A stretch of DNA of 64,000 nt from Kiritimatiellia bacterium (GCA_017406465.1 JAFQYM010000009.1:8221-72220); one strand, 5' to 3'; positions 47,792 through 57,705 are shown, numbered from the stretch's first letter. Notes: generated from the sequence alone by a model not told the origin. Made by a program: numbers and translations.

Positions 47792-48007
47792 TCATGACTG
47801 AATATATCGTATTGTATTTGTCCACAAAACGGCCGCCACACTCGCATCTGGCACCGGAGCTCCCGCGTCATCGTGAACTTTCAGGCAAATCTTTGTCTCC
47901 GCGCCATATGCCATGGCACGTTCGACTTCGGGAGCAAGTTTTCGCGCGAACACGGCACCAGGAATCACGGCAACAACAATCAACAACAGTTTTATCTTGC
48001 GTTTCAT
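47792..48007 (-). pseudogene. Truncated 5' fragment (71 codons) of a member of the secreted paralog family
   Basis: MKRKIKLLLIVVAVIPGAVFARKLAPEVERAMAYGAETKICLKVHDDAGAPVPDASVAAVLW matches the N-termini of paralogs C and D, then diverges and stops. Confidence 0.6.
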
Positions 48008-48135
48008 TTTAGGTTTCCTTTCTCAATTGCCTTGTCGTAGAACTTGAAGTTATAGAAATACGCTACATCTTTCATATCCGAATGGCACCAACGCCCAGAA
48101 TAGTTAGGATGGTCGGGCCAACCATTGGGCAGCAA
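48008..48135 (-). other. Duplicated scar of the 3' end of gene 51235-55653. It is read in frame through the stop of paralog B and ends GNLK* overlapping the next ATG.
   Basis: Reverse-strand translation …LLPNGWPDHPNYSGRWCHSDMKDVAYFYNFKFYDKAIEKGNLK*. Compare the giant protein C-terminus …RPNGWPTRSDYQGQWCHSDLKDVAYFYAFKFYEKAIEKGNLK*. Confidence 0.65.
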
Positions 48136-49110
48136 TTACTTTGCCCCTCCAATATGTTTTGGCTCGAGATTCGTATCATTCGGAGTAGGGTTCATCGCAC
48201 CCGTTAGACGAAAACATCCAGCACCATCAGGTTCACAGGCAAAATCGACATTATGCACTATTGAATAATTAGCTTCTACAAGCAAACCATCTGAATTAAC
48301 TTTGCATCTGCTTCTGACAACCCAGCACTTGCACTTGTCAAACCAATGTCGAATCCGTTTATTGTCGCTTGATACCTCTTCATAGAATCTTGCTTCCTTC
48401 TGGAATTCTGCTTGTGGATTGGCTTTGTAAGGTCCCTTGAACTCGCTTTCTGTATTAATAGCACTGATATAATACCCAGAATAAGGCTCAACAAACCGTA
48501 TGCGCAACCCCATCCCCCTGTACTCCGGCAGCCATTTTCCATTCCAATCTATTGCCACTTGAAAATCCGTTTCTTTTCCTTTCCCGTATGGAGCAACAAA
48601 GTCATTCTTTTCGACATCGTACCCTATCCATTCGTTCAAACATTTCGTATTAACAAATCGCCCATCTATTGCAACGTCCATCTGATGCTTTATCTTCCGT
48701 AGCCTGATTTTCTCTTCCACGTCATACGGCTGCCACTTGCCGTCCTTCACGTCGCGCTCCTCGCCCATCTTGGCATAGCGGTACATCACATGCGAACCAT
48801 AGTATCCATCTTTTGCGACGAAAACCTCAATCTCGTCGCCGCAGGTCTTCCCCTCCAAAACAAACACGCCATTTGTGTCGGTCGTTCCATTGATCCAGGT
48901 TCCCAGCGGACGGAAATTCATGCCGAGGTACGCCTTTATCTTGGCGTCCGGCACAGGCGTCCCGTCATCATCCTGGATGTGCAACTCTATCTTCGTCTGC
49001 GCACCGTTGCGACGCGCGTCACGATAGACAGGGTCTTTCTTCAACGTCACCAGGGCCACGACCTGCAATGCAGACAGCGAAATCATAACAGCCATGATAT
49101 ACTTTTTCAT
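48136..49110 (-). CDS. Secreted paralog B (324 aa): signal peptide, transthyretin/CarbopepD_reg-like N-domain, conserved C-terminal NPTPNDTNLE motif
   Basis: Shares KWQPYD…WIGYD…NPTPNDTNLE blocks with paralogs C and D. ATGA overlap with the upstream mini-ORF. Confidence 0.7.
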   Translation of the reverse strand: MKKYIMAVMISLSALQVVALVTLKKDPVYRDARRNGAQTKIELHIQDDDGTPVPDAKIKAYLGMNFRPLGTWINGTTDTNGVFVLEGKTCGDEIEVFVAKDGYYGSHVMYRYAKMGEERDVKDGKWQPYDVEEKIRLRKIKHQMDVAIDGRFVNTKCLNEWIGYDVEKNDFVAPYGKGKETDFQVAIDWNGKWLPEYRGMGLRIRFVEPYSGYYISAINTESEFKGPYKANPQAEFQKEARFYEEVSSDNKRIRHWFDKCKCWVVRSRCKVNSDGLLVEANYSIVHNVDFACEPDGAGCFRLTGAMNPTPNDTNLEPKHIGGAK

Positions 49111-49199
49111 TTAAGGTTTCCTTTCTCCACCGCCTTGTCGTAGAATTTGAAGTTGTAGAAATACGCGACGTCCTTCATGTCAGTGTCTGGCCTCGGCCT
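49111..49199 (-). other. Second duplicated scar of the giant gene 3' end, forming a 23-codon mini-ORF (MKDVAYFYNFKFYDKAVEKGNLK) between paralogs C and B
   Basis: In frame after the stop of C. Its own stop overlaps the ATG of B (cttaaATGAaaaag). Confidence 0.6.
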
Positions 49200-50210
49200 T
49201 TACTCCCTCTGAGGCTCGCAGTTGCGAATGAAATGCCGCGATTGCTTGGCAATCTCCGCGTCTTCGAGATTCGTGTCGTTGGGCGTGGGGTTAAACACAT
49301 ATGAAATGCTCAATGTTGCCTGTCCTCGACTGGCTGGACTAATTCGGAAGTCATTTATCCTTGCATAGTTCGCTTGTTTCAGTTCCCCGGACTCATCAAG
49401 CACGCAGCGAGTGCGGATTACAAATGACGAATTAGGGCGAAACGGTATTTTTGTCGCCGACAAATTCGGCGGCTTCCCATTTCTATTGACTATGCGAACA
49501 TTTGTCTCCGTATATGCAGAAGTGATTTCTGCCTCATACGGATATGGAAATTCGCTGCCAGAAACATTGTCAACATAATAACCGCCGCAAGGAACACCTC
49601 TCACCCGCATTTCCCCTAGACAAAAACAACTCTTCCATGGTGGTAGTCCATCCCATTCGACATATATCTCAATGTCAGAAGTGTCCCCTTCCCCAAATGG
49701 CTGGACAAATGACTTTTTCTCCATATCAAATCCAACCCAAGAATTTGTCGAGGGGATTTTAAAGAATGTTCCGCATGACACCAGATTCTTAGGATTGTGT
49801 ATCTTCCGAAGTTCCACGGCCTCCTCTGCCCCGTACGGTTGCCATTTTCCGTCCTTAACGTCATGCTCTGCATTCATGGGAACATACGACAATTCCTTTT
49901 GGGAACCATAATATCCTTCTTTCCCGACGAGAAACCTTACCTTGTTTCCATTTGTCTTACCTATGGCGACACATACGCCATTTGCATCAGTCTTCCCATA
50001 GACCGAGTGCGGACTTGGCAACATGTCAAAAACTACCGCCACGCTCGCATTTGAAACAGGCTGTCCAAGGTCATCGTGGACTTTCAGGCAGATTTTTGCT
50101 TCTGCACCATACGCCATTGCGTGCTCTACCTCAGGTTTAATCCGCCCCGCGAACAAGGAGCCCGGGATCACAACAGCAACAGTCAACAATGTTTTTAACT
50201 TGCGATTCAT
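49200..50210 (-). CDS. Secreted paralog C (336 aa)
   Basis: MNRKLKTLLTVAVVIPGSLFA signal peptide, then KPEVEHAMAYGAEAKICLKVHDD… The 3' 100 nt are about 90% identical to the 3' end of D. ATGA overlap with D. Confidence 0.7.
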   Translation of the reverse strand: MNRKLKTLLTVAVVIPGSLFAGRIKPEVEHAMAYGAEAKICLKVHDDLGQPVSNASVAVVFDMLPSPHSVYGKTDANGVCVAIGKTNGNKVRFLVGKEGYYGSQKELSYVPMNAEHDVKDGKWQPYGAEEAVELRKIHNPKNLVSCGTFFKIPSTNSWVGFDMEKKSFVQPFGEGDTSDIEIYVEWDGLPPWKSCFCLGEMRVRGVPCGGYYVDNVSGSEFPYPYEAEITSAYTETNVRIVNRNGKPPNLSATKIPFRPNSSFVIRTRCVLDESGELKQANYARINDFRISPASRGQATLSISYVFNPTPNDTNLEDAEIAKQSRHFIRNCEPQRE

Positions 50211-51238
50211 TTCAGATTGCCTTTCCCCGGCGGCTCGCAGTGACGAATGAAATGCCGCGACTGCTTGGCGATCTCCTCGTCTTCGAGGTTCGTGTCGTTG
50301 GGCGAGGGATTGAAAGCACCTGTAACGCAAATACATGCGATACCACCTTTGTCACAGCCGAACGCAATATTATTGATAACTGAATAATGTGCAGACACAA
50401 GGTTGCCTTCAGCATCCACTTTGCATCGACTGCGAACAACCCAACACTTGTTCTTGTCAAAAACCTTTCGTTCATATCGTCGCCCATATGCATCAGGGTC
50501 AATTATAACACGTTCATAGAAATCGGCAGCTTGCTGGTATGTAGCATCAGGCAATGCAGAATATGGCCCTTTGAATTCACTAACTGCGTTGACCGCGCAT
50601 TGATAATAGCCGGAATACTTATCGGCAAATCTAATCTTCTTTCCCATCCCAGTATAATCGGGCAACCATTTCCCATCCCAGTCGAAGAATATTTCAAAAT
50701 CCACTATTTCCCCTTTTCCATGCGGTTGAACGAAATCGCGTTTCTCTAAATCAAACCCTACCCAAGCGTTAATGGCCTTTGTACTGTTGAATTCGCGCAT
50801 ATATGCGACTGCCAAATGAGCAGGGTTGCGTATCTTCCGTAATTCAATGTTCTCTATAGCACCGTATGGCTGCCATTTCCCGTCCTTGACGTCATGCTCC
50901 TCATTCATGGGAACATACGACAATTCCTTTTGGGAACCATAGTATCCTTCTTTCCCGACGAGAAACCTAATCTTGTTCCCATTTGTCTTCCCTTCGGCGA
51001 CACAGATGCCATTCGAGTCGGTCTTCACATAGACCGAGTGTGGCCTTGGCAACATGTCAAAAACGACCGCCACACTCGCATTTGTAACCGGCTGCCCCAC
51101 GTCATCGCAGACTTTCAAGCAAATCTTTGCCTCCGCGCCATACGCCATGGCGTGTTCAACTTCGGGCGCAAGTTTTCGCGCGAACACGGCAGATGGCAGC
51201 GTCAACAGCAGAAAAACAAAAGCGCTCTTTGTTTTCAT
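50207..51238 (-). CDS. Secreted paralog D (343 aa)
   Basis: MKTKSAFVFLLLTLPSAVFA signal peptide. Same domain blocks. ATG overlaps the stop of the giant upstream gene. Confidence 0.7.
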   Translation of the reverse strand: MKTKSAFVFLLLTLPSAVFARKLAPEVEHAMAYGAEAKICLKVCDDVGQPVTNASVAVVFDMLPRPHSVYVKTDSNGICVAEGKTNGNKIRFLVGKEGYYGSQKELSYVPMNEEHDVKDGKWQPYGAIENIELRKIRNPAHLAVAYMREFNSTKAINAWVGFDLEKRDFVQPHGKGEIVDFEIFFDWDGKWLPDYTGMGKKIRFADKYSGYYQCAVNAVSEFKGPYSALPDATYQQAADFYERVIIDPDAYGRRYERKVFDKNKCWVVRSRCKVDAEGNLVSAHYSVINNIAFGCDKGGIACICVTGAFNPSPNDTNLEDEEIAKQSRHFIRHCEPPGKGNLK

Positions 51239-54200
51239 TTCAGATTTCCTTTCTCAATTGCTTTCTCATAAAACTTGAACGCGTAAAAATACGCGACATC
51301 CTTCAAATCAGAATGACACCATTGTCCTTGATAGTCCGATCGTGTCGGCCAGCCATTTGGACGCTCTATTTGAACATGACAATTGCAAGATTTCTGTTCC
51401 ATCGGTTCTCCTCCAAATGCCACTCGTCCTGCCGCCGGCGACAACGCAGGGATTCCTTGAGCAAGGTGTGCGCCGCGCACAAGCAATGGGATTGTCGACT
51501 GATTCATGCTTGACGGATAGCAATAAAACACGGTGTTGGTCTTGAGGTCCGCTTCGGACATCTGCAAAGCTTGCGCAACGGAAATCTTGTTTATACCCAA
51601 TATATTTTCTTCAATATTCCAACCCGACCAATTTGTGCCACCGACCCCGCCCCGACCTTTAAACAGCTCCTGCTTGTGCCAACTGTAGTGGCCCCATGAA
51701 CTCCCGACGCCAGTCCAAGTATGCACATTATTGTTTGCAGCAAGCTCCAAAATCTCGTCACCAGTCGAGTAGAAGTTAACCGCATACTGCGAGACATTGG
51801 CGAAACGCCCCGGCCAACCAAGGAACTTCCGGTCATCGTTGGAATCGTTACGGAAGAGCCAATGCCATGTCGAGGCCCATGAATTTGTTGGGTACTCCGC
51901 CCACTCTGGATGAACAAGCTGTGGAACCCGTAGCGCCTCGTCGGTGTCATACGCCTCAGCTGGAACTGCGGAGTTGCACATTAGATAGCAATCAACATTC
52001 AGCTCGTAGTCTTGAATCATCGACGAGCAAACCATGTTGCCAAGCGAGTGGGCCATCAGGACCTTTGTGCCAGGGAGAGCCGAAACCTGTGGGGCCAGCA
52101 CGCTTGCCGTGAAGAAAGCATTCGACACGTTCTCATGGTAGTTTGCGTCGCTACCGATGTCGCTCCTCCACGTCACGCCAGTAAACTTCGCCGTCATGCC
52201 AGACTGCCACATCCGCTTGAACACCTCCGCCGACCATCCCCGCGCACGCGACTGCGTCACGTTCGCTCCATGGAGGAAAACAAGATGCTTGTCTGACGTC
52301 TCCAGGTCTGGCCTGTTCATTGGATCGCCGACTGATGGATTCCATGTCACCGTCTCGCCGGACAACCCACGCATATTCAGATGGCGATACATGTCCTCGA
52401 CACTGGAAACGCTGATATTCGCCTCGCCAGAGACGATCTTCCGACCCTCGTTGCCCGCCGTCCAACCTTCGACTACGAGATTGTCCCCCGCCGCGCATCC
52501 CTCAATCAGAAACACACCGCAATCCTGCGAACCACGAATCGCGGAAAGAATTTGCGCAGGCATCGCAGCTCCGTCAGATGCATTCGTCACCGTTGCGTTT
52601 ACCATCTCTAACACGGCGTAGGTTCCAAAATGAAAACCGAGAGATGTGCGGTGGAACAAACCAGCTTGAGTTCTCGATATGTCCGTCCACATGACATTCG
52701 CACAATCTGAACGCACCTTCCAAGTCACCGCTTCGCGGATAGCAAGTGGAGTTGTCGGCGGGAAGACGGTTGTCGTGTCAATCCAGACTGGTGTGAAGTC
52801 AAGGATGTCCCCTTTCCCGTTTACATGATTGTCGGCATAATCTGTCCCAGCGCCCGGGATGTCGTCATCCGGGCCATTGATGTTTCCAGAGTCGCTATCG
52901 TCATTCACCCAGAACCGGAAGGTTTTCGTGCCCGCCCGTGCGATTGCAGCTTCGGCGTCGGTAATCGACCCGTCGCGGTCGTAGTCGAATACGAGGACAG
53001 GGTCGCCAAGGACATATAGGTCAGCGACCTTCCCAGCCCCAGCAAAGTATGTGCTTTCCGTGTGTGTTCCGAAGAGCGACGATGGATCGTCTAAAATGAC
53101 ATTATCGGGCATGGGGGCGGCAATCGCCAGTTCGTAGTCGTAGTCTGGCCTTGGCGTATCGCCATAATTCGGACTCGTCCCTGCATGGCGAAGTCGGACT
53201 TCGTACTTCCAACCAGGCTTCAGCATCCCGGTTTTCGTCTCGCACTCGCCGTAACGCTCGTTGACCCACGAAAATGTCCTCGATGCGCCACCGACGCCAT
53301 TGACGGGGCGTATCTCAAGCTGGTATTTCTCTGAAACACTGCCGCTTGGATCACCAAAGGTGAACGGCACGGGAATGCGGCTGTTCGGCAAACCACCATC
53401 TTCGGCATCGTTCGGATCGCTATTCTGCGTGACCTCTGCACCATCGCTCACATCATCACCATCCGTATCGTAACCATCCGCAATGCCATCGTTATCCCCG
53501 TCCTGCCCACTCGGATTCGTATTCCAGTCGCACTCCTGTCCGTTCGTGAGCCCGTCGCCATCTGGATCGGCATTTATGTCGTTGTCAGCGTTAGCGTCCG
53601 TAGCATTGTCAACCAGAGGATTGAATCCTGCGGGAAAATGCCGATACTCCCATCCGTCGTTCATTCCATCCATATCCGTATCAGGCTGAAGCGGATTCGT
53701 GTGAATAACATTCTCTTCCCCATCCGAAATCCCGTCATAGTCCGAGTCTGAGTTGCAAGGGTCTGTGCCGGAAACGATCTCATCCTCGTCTTCAACCCCA
53801 TCATCGTCGGTATCCGCGAGACAAGGATTCGTCCCGAGCGAGAGTTCCTCCGAATCGGAAAGTCCATCACCGTCGGTGTCGGCGAGGCGCGGATTTGTGC
53901 CATTCCTGTATTCCTGCCAGTTCGCCAGCCCATCGTTGTCGATGTCGCCGAGCCGCCCGTTGTCGCCTTCGGCCGAGAGCGGGTTGAGCGCATATAGAAT
54001 CTCCCATCCATCTGGCAGGAGGTCGCCGTCGCTGTCGGATAGCTTTGGATTCGTGCCAATGGCATATTCCTGTACATCCGTCAGGCCATCCCCGTCACCG
54101 TCTATGCTCAGCGGATCGCTATGCGACAAACCTATTTCAAAATCATCCGACAATCCGTCACCATCGGTGTCCGACGATATCGGATTTGTAGCATAGCCAA

Positions 54201-55653
54201 GACGATACTCCCATGTCGTCTGCGGCAGAATCGGACCGAACTTCGCGAAGTCAAACGTCAAGTTGTAGTAGCCATTTGTCGTCACGATGTCCTTGTTCTG
54301 GACTCCCACGACTGCACCGTCTCCATCCAACCAGAAATCAGAGCAGAGATAGCTTATCCTCACCGTCCGGTTGCTGTCCGTCGGCACGATGACCTGCATC
54401 GTGACGCCAAGATCGGTGCCGTACTTCTTCAAGTTGCGGTATTCGACCACGTGGACGCCATTGCTCGCGACGTATCCTACACGCATGAAGGAGTTCGTGT
54501 TGCCTATCTCCAGTTCGGAAGCCATCCAATACGGGACTACGAGAAATGTACCGCAGTTGCTCGCCCATCCGCTCAGAGGGCTAGGGTCCAGGGGATCAAA
54601 ATTGTATGCAGAGCTACCAGCGCTAAAAAAGGATGCGTATCCACAATGATAGGCAAAAAGCCATGTGAGGCTCGTATCGTAAAATGAAACTGTCGGGGAC
54701 AAGGAACGATAGATCGAAGGGTACATCGGCGATCCGATTCCATTGCCGCCAAGCCATGCGTATGGATCAACGCCATACGCCGTCGTCCAGCCCGTGCTGT
54801 CATACCACTCAAAGCCATCGGTTTTTCGAATCCAGCCCACCTCGTCGCCATCGCAAAGTGCATCGCCGTCCGTGTCCGCCGAAAGAGGGCTTGTACATTG
54901 CGCGACCTCCTCACCATCGGAAAGCAAATCCCCGTCCGTGTCGTAGGCGCAAGGATCCGTCCCGTATACAAAGCGCTCGTCGGAGTCAGGGAGCCCGTCG
55001 CCGTCAGAGTCGGTCGCATCGCCGACAGAGAAGAATGCCTGCGCGTTTCCGTTTGTGCCGGAGACGGATTCGTCGGCTATCGCCACAAATGCGTTGCTGA
55101 CGCACTGCGATACGTCGAGCGTAAACAGTTTCGAGAGCTCAAGAAGGTTAGTCCCCGCGTAGAGGTCAACAAGGTCGCTTGCCGGGCGAACAGACGGCGG
55201 CCACGCGACGACGGAATACGTCGCGTTGCTACCACGCAGAATCGCGGCGACCATCAGATTCGTGGCAATGGGCATTCCGCCGAAGCCCTCGCCATCGCCA
55301 ACGTCGCAGACATCGGGCTGCAGGACGGGAGAACTGCGTAGATGAGGATGCAGGGCTTCGGCAACGCTGCGCGACCCACTTCCCGCCTCCCATTGCCCAA
55401 CTCCAATCTGCACACCAGTGCGGTCAAGGCCATTCGTGTTCTTAGTGGCTCCTGCACGGACAAAACCAAACACAATTACCGCAAGAACAGCAATCTCGCA
55501 GATTGGGCGGCGAAGGACGGACAGGTATCTGCGAACCGGAATGAAATCATACTCAAATGCAAGCACCGCAAGCCACGCCACAAGCAGGATTGCTGCGACT
55601 GCAAGAATCAAATATGCGTCACGCAAGCCAAACAGGGTTACAGCCGCCATCAC
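51235..55653 (-). CDS. 1472-aa secreted/anchored protein with an array of thrombospondin-type-3-like Ca-binding repeats and a C-terminal alpha/beta-hydrolase (lipase/esterase-like) domain
   Basis: Two N-terminal hydrophobic helices. More than 15 D-x-D-x-DG-x-x-D repeats (DTDGDGLSD, DSDGDLLPD, DTDDDGVEDEDE…). VFLHGANVT…LMAHSLGNMV nucleophile-elbow GxSxG motif. Starts with ATGA overlap on the upstream TPR gene. Confidence 0.7.
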   Translation of the reverse strand: MMAAVTLFGLRDAYLILAVAAILLVAWLAVLAFEYDFIPVRRYLSVLRRPICEIAVLAVIVFGFVRAGATKNTNGLDRTGVQIGVGQWEAGSGSRSVAEALHPHLRSSPVLQPDVCDVGDGEGFGGMPIATNLMVAAILRGSNATYSVVAWPPSVRPASDLVDLYAGTNLLELSKLFTLDVSQCVSNAFVAIADESVSGTNGNAQAFFSVGDATDSDGDGLPDSDERFVYGTDPCAYDTDGDLLSDGEEVAQCTSPLSADTDGDALCDGDEVGWIRKTDGFEWYDSTGWTTAYGVDPYAWLGGNGIGSPMYPSIYRSLSPTVSFYDTSLTWLFAYHCGYASFFSAGSSAYNFDPLDPSPLSGWASNCGTFLVVPYWMASELEIGNTNSFMRVGYVASNGVHVVEYRNLKKYGTDLGVTMQVIVPTDSNRTVRISYLCSDFWLDGDGAVVGVQNKDIVTTNGYYNLTFDFAKFGPILPQTTWEYRLGYATNPISSDTDGDGLSDDFEIGLSHSDPLSIDGDGDGLTDVQEYAIGTNPKLSDSDGDLLPDGWEILYALNPLSAEGDNGRLGDIDNDGLANWQEYRNGTNPRLADTDGDGLSDSEELSLGTNPCLADTDDDGVEDEDEIVSGTDPCNSDSDYDGISDGEENVIHTNPLQPDTDMDGMNDGWEYRHFPAGFNPLVDNATDANADNDINADPDGDGLTNGQECDWNTNPSGQDGDNDGIADGYDTDGDDVSDGAEVTQNSDPNDAEDGGLPNSRIPVPFTFGDPSGSVSEKYQLEIRPVNGVGGASRTFSWVNERYGECETKTGMLKPGWKYEVRLRHAGTSPNYGDTPRPDYDYELAIAAPMPDNVILDDPSSLFGTHTESTYFAGAGKVADLYVLGDPVLVFDYDRDGSITDAEAAIARAGTKTFRFWVNDDSDSGNINGPDDDIPGAGTDYADNHVNGKGDILDFTPVWIDTTTVFPPTTPLAIREAVTWKVRSDCANVMWTDISRTQAGLFHRTSLGFHFGTYAVLEMVNATVTNASDGAAMPAQILSAIRGSQDCGVFLIEGCAAGDNLVVEGWTAGNEGRKIVSGEANISVSSVEDMYRHLNMRGLSGETVTWNPSVGDPMNRPDLETSDKHLVFLHGANVTQSRARGWSAEVFKRMWQSGMTAKFTGVTWRSDIGSDANYHENVSNAFFTASVLAPQVSALPGTKVLMAHSLGNMVCSSMIQDYELNVDCYLMCNSAVPAEAYDTDEALRVPQLVHPEWAEYPTNSWASTWHWLFRNDSNDDRKFLGWPGRFANVSQYAVNFYSTGDEILELAANNNVHTWTGVGSSWGHYSWHKQELFKGRGGVGGTNWSGWNIEENILGINKISVAQALQMSEADLKTNTVFYCYPSSMNQSTIPLLVRGAHLAQGIPALSPAAGRVAFGGEPMEQKSCNCHVQIERPNGWPTRSDYQGQWCHSDLKDVAYFYAFKFYEKAIEKGNLK

Positions 55654-56993
55654 CAGTCCCTTTCATTGGGTGGCAATGGGGCTTTTCTCATCCGCGCCTT
55701 CTTCTCCGCCTCGTGCTCGTCGCTGCGTTCCTGCGCTTTTTTCAAAACGGCTTCGACCTCCTGATCCTCGGCGTCCTGCTGGTCGCCCTCGTCGGGCTCT
55801 TCCTTGGCCTTGTCATCCTCGCCCTCGGGCTGTTGCTGGTCCTGATTCTGTTGCTGCTGATCCTGGTTCTGCTGTTGGTCCTGATTTTGCTGATTCTGCT
55901 GTTGGTTCTGGTCGTTCTTCTGCTGCTGGTCGTTTTTCTGCTGTTGCTGCCCGCCGCCGTTCTGATCCTTCGGCAGAAGCTCGCGTATCTCGTTTATGAT
56001 GCGGACCGCCTCTTCCTGGCTCGGCGGAAGCGACTTCTCCACGCACTCCATCTGAAGCTTTTCAAGCTCCGTCGCGAGAGCCGATATCTTCGCCTGGTCC
56101 TCGGCCGTGAACGGCGGCTTGTTGGTGTCGCTCTGCGCCTGCTGCTCGTAGGCCCGCGCCCACGCCGGGAACTTCGCACGGAAGGCGCGCGTGTAGTCGA
56201 GCGCGTCCTGCTGCCAGCTGCGACCGTTGAACTGCTCGACGTCCATCCACGCGTTCGACTGCGCGACAAGGTCTTCGTCCATCGCCGCGGGCGGCATAAC
56301 CGTGAGTTTCACAAATCTCGTGAAGTCGTGCTCCACGTCAGAGAGAAGCGGATATGCCTCGGCGTCGAAGTCGGAGAGCTTCGTCGCCGCGTCCTTCGTC
56401 TTCTTCCGCGCGGCGTCGATCTGCGCGGAGATTGTCGCCGCCTGCTCCTCGTTCGTGACAGACTGCGCAATCAGTTCGCGGACGGGAATCCACGAATCGG
56501 AAAGCCGCTCCGCTCGCTTCGAAAGAGCGTCTGCGAGCGCGACCGCCTTTTCAGCGCGGTTCGTGCGGTAAACGCCCGACTCTGACATAAGAGCGCGGCA
56601 ATCCTTCGTCGCGGCGAGGAGCAAGGAACCGGGATCCTTCCCTTCCGCTGCCTTGAGGACCGACTTTAAATGCTCCTCCTCGCGGATCGCAGGCAGGCGG
56701 TCGGTCGCACGCGTGAAATTGCGATTCGCCTTCGCGTCCTCGGGTGCGGCCCTAAGTGCGATCTGCGCTGCGTTCGCCGCCTCTTCAAGATTCCCCTTTT
56801 CGTATTCGAGCTTGGCGATGACCTCGGCCGCGCGCGCGCCGTGCGTCTTGGAAAGAAGCAGTGGACGCAGCGTCTTAAGGGCGTTCGTCACATCGCCATC
56901 GCGGTAGAACGACACACCCTCGTTCCAGACCTCGCCGTCGGTCATCGCCGGCTCGGTCGCGGCAAGCAAAAATGCTGCCAGAGCCAAAATCAC
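55650..56993 (-). CDS. TPR-like protein with a Q/N-rich low-complexity segment and an acidic/basic C-terminus (BatC-like architecture)
   Basis: Signal-like N-terminus. TPR-like helices (EGVSFYRDGDVTNALKTLRPLL). Low-complexity GGGQQQQKNDQQQKNDQNQQQNQQNQDQQQNQDQQQQNQDQQQ. ATGA-coupled to pyrF upstream and to the giant gene downstream. Confidence 0.55.
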   Translation of the reverse strand: MILALAAFLLAATEPAMTDGEVWNEGVSFYRDGDVTNALKTLRPLLLSKTHGARAAEVIAKLEYEKGNLEEAANAAQIALRAAPEDAKANRNFTRATDRLPAIREEEHLKSVLKAAEGKDPGSLLLAATKDCRALMSESGVYRTNRAEKAVALADALSKRAERLSDSWIPVRELIAQSVTNEEQAATISAQIDAARKKTKDAATKLSDFDAEAYPLLSDVEHDFTRFVKLTVMPPAAMDEDLVAQSNAWMDVEQFNGRSWQQDALDYTRAFRAKFPAWARAYEQQAQSDTNKPPFTAEDQAKISALATELEKLQMECVEKSLPPSQEEAVRIINEIRELLPKDQNGGGQQQQKNDQQQKNDQNQQQNQQNQDQQQNQDQQQQNQDQQQPEGEDDKAKEEPDEGDQQDAEDQEVEAVLKKAQERSDEHEAEKKARMRKAPLPPNERDW

Positions 56994-57685
56994 AGCGCCA
57001 TCTCCGCGAGAATCGCCGCGGCCGCCGCCACAGGATCGTCAGCAGCGAGGATCGGGCGCCCAACGACAAGATGGGTCGCGCCGTCGCGCACCGCGTCTGC
57101 GGGCGTCGCAACGCGCTTCTGGTCGCCGACCGCGGCGCCAGCGGGCCTGACCCCAGGAGTCACGAAAATGGTTCCAGCGGCGAGAGACTTCGAAAGCGAG
57201 CCGACTTCCTTCGGGCTGCACACGAGCCCGTTCGCACCATTCTCGACGGCGAACTTCGCCATCGCTGCGACTTGCTCGGCTGGAGTGCGGCCAACGATTC
57301 CGACGTCAGCGAGATCGGCGCCGTCCATCGAGGTGAGCACAGTAACGGCGAGGATCTTCGGCGCGGCCGCGCCGAACTCGGCTGCGGCGTCCGCTGCGGC
57401 GCGAATCATCGCCTTGCCACCGACGGAGTGAATCGTCATGAGGTCTACGCCGAGCTTTCCGCCCGAGCGGACAGCGCGTTCGACTGTACGAGGGATATCG
57501 TGAAACTTGAGGTCGAGAAAGACCTTCTTGCCAAGATCCTTCACTGCCTTCACGACATCGGGACCCTCGGCCGTGTAAAGCTCAAGCCCGATTTTGTAGA
57601 AGCCGACGCCGTCGCCGATGGCCTTCACCTTGGCGACCGCCTCTTCTCTCGTCTGCACGTCAAGCGCAACAATCAGTTCTGCCAT
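56990..57685 (-). CDS. pyrF: Orotidine-5'-phosphate decarboxylase
   Basis: MAELIVALDV… with the FLDLKFHDIP catalytic Lys motif. TGGTATAAT -10 and AAAGGG RBS upstream. Confidence 0.9.
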   Translation of the reverse strand: MAELIVALDVQTREEAVAKVKAIGDGVGFYKIGLELYTAEGPDVVKAVKDLGKKVFLDLKFHDIPRTVERAVRSGGKLGVDLMTIHSVGGKAMIRAAADAAAEFGAAAPKILAVTVLTSMDGADLADVGIVGRTPAEQVAAMAKFAVENGANGLVCSPKEVGSLSKSLAAGTIFVTPGVRPAGAAVGDQKRVATPADAVRDGATHLVVGRPILAADDPVAAAAAILAEMAL

Positions 57686-57705
57686 TTTAAAGCCCTTTCT
57701 GCTGT

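Noticed and set aside
52800-55100. DNA-level tandem repeat within the giant gene
   Set aside because: The periodicity is protein-level (TSP3 Asp-rich repeats, DxDxDGxxD). Nucleotide sequences of the units are divergent, not a DNA satellite.
55800-55935. ctg/ttg-rich DNA repeat
   Set aside because: It is the coding sequence for the Q/N-rich low-complexity tract of the TPR protein (minus strand CAG/CAA/AAC codons). It is in frame and part of the CDS.
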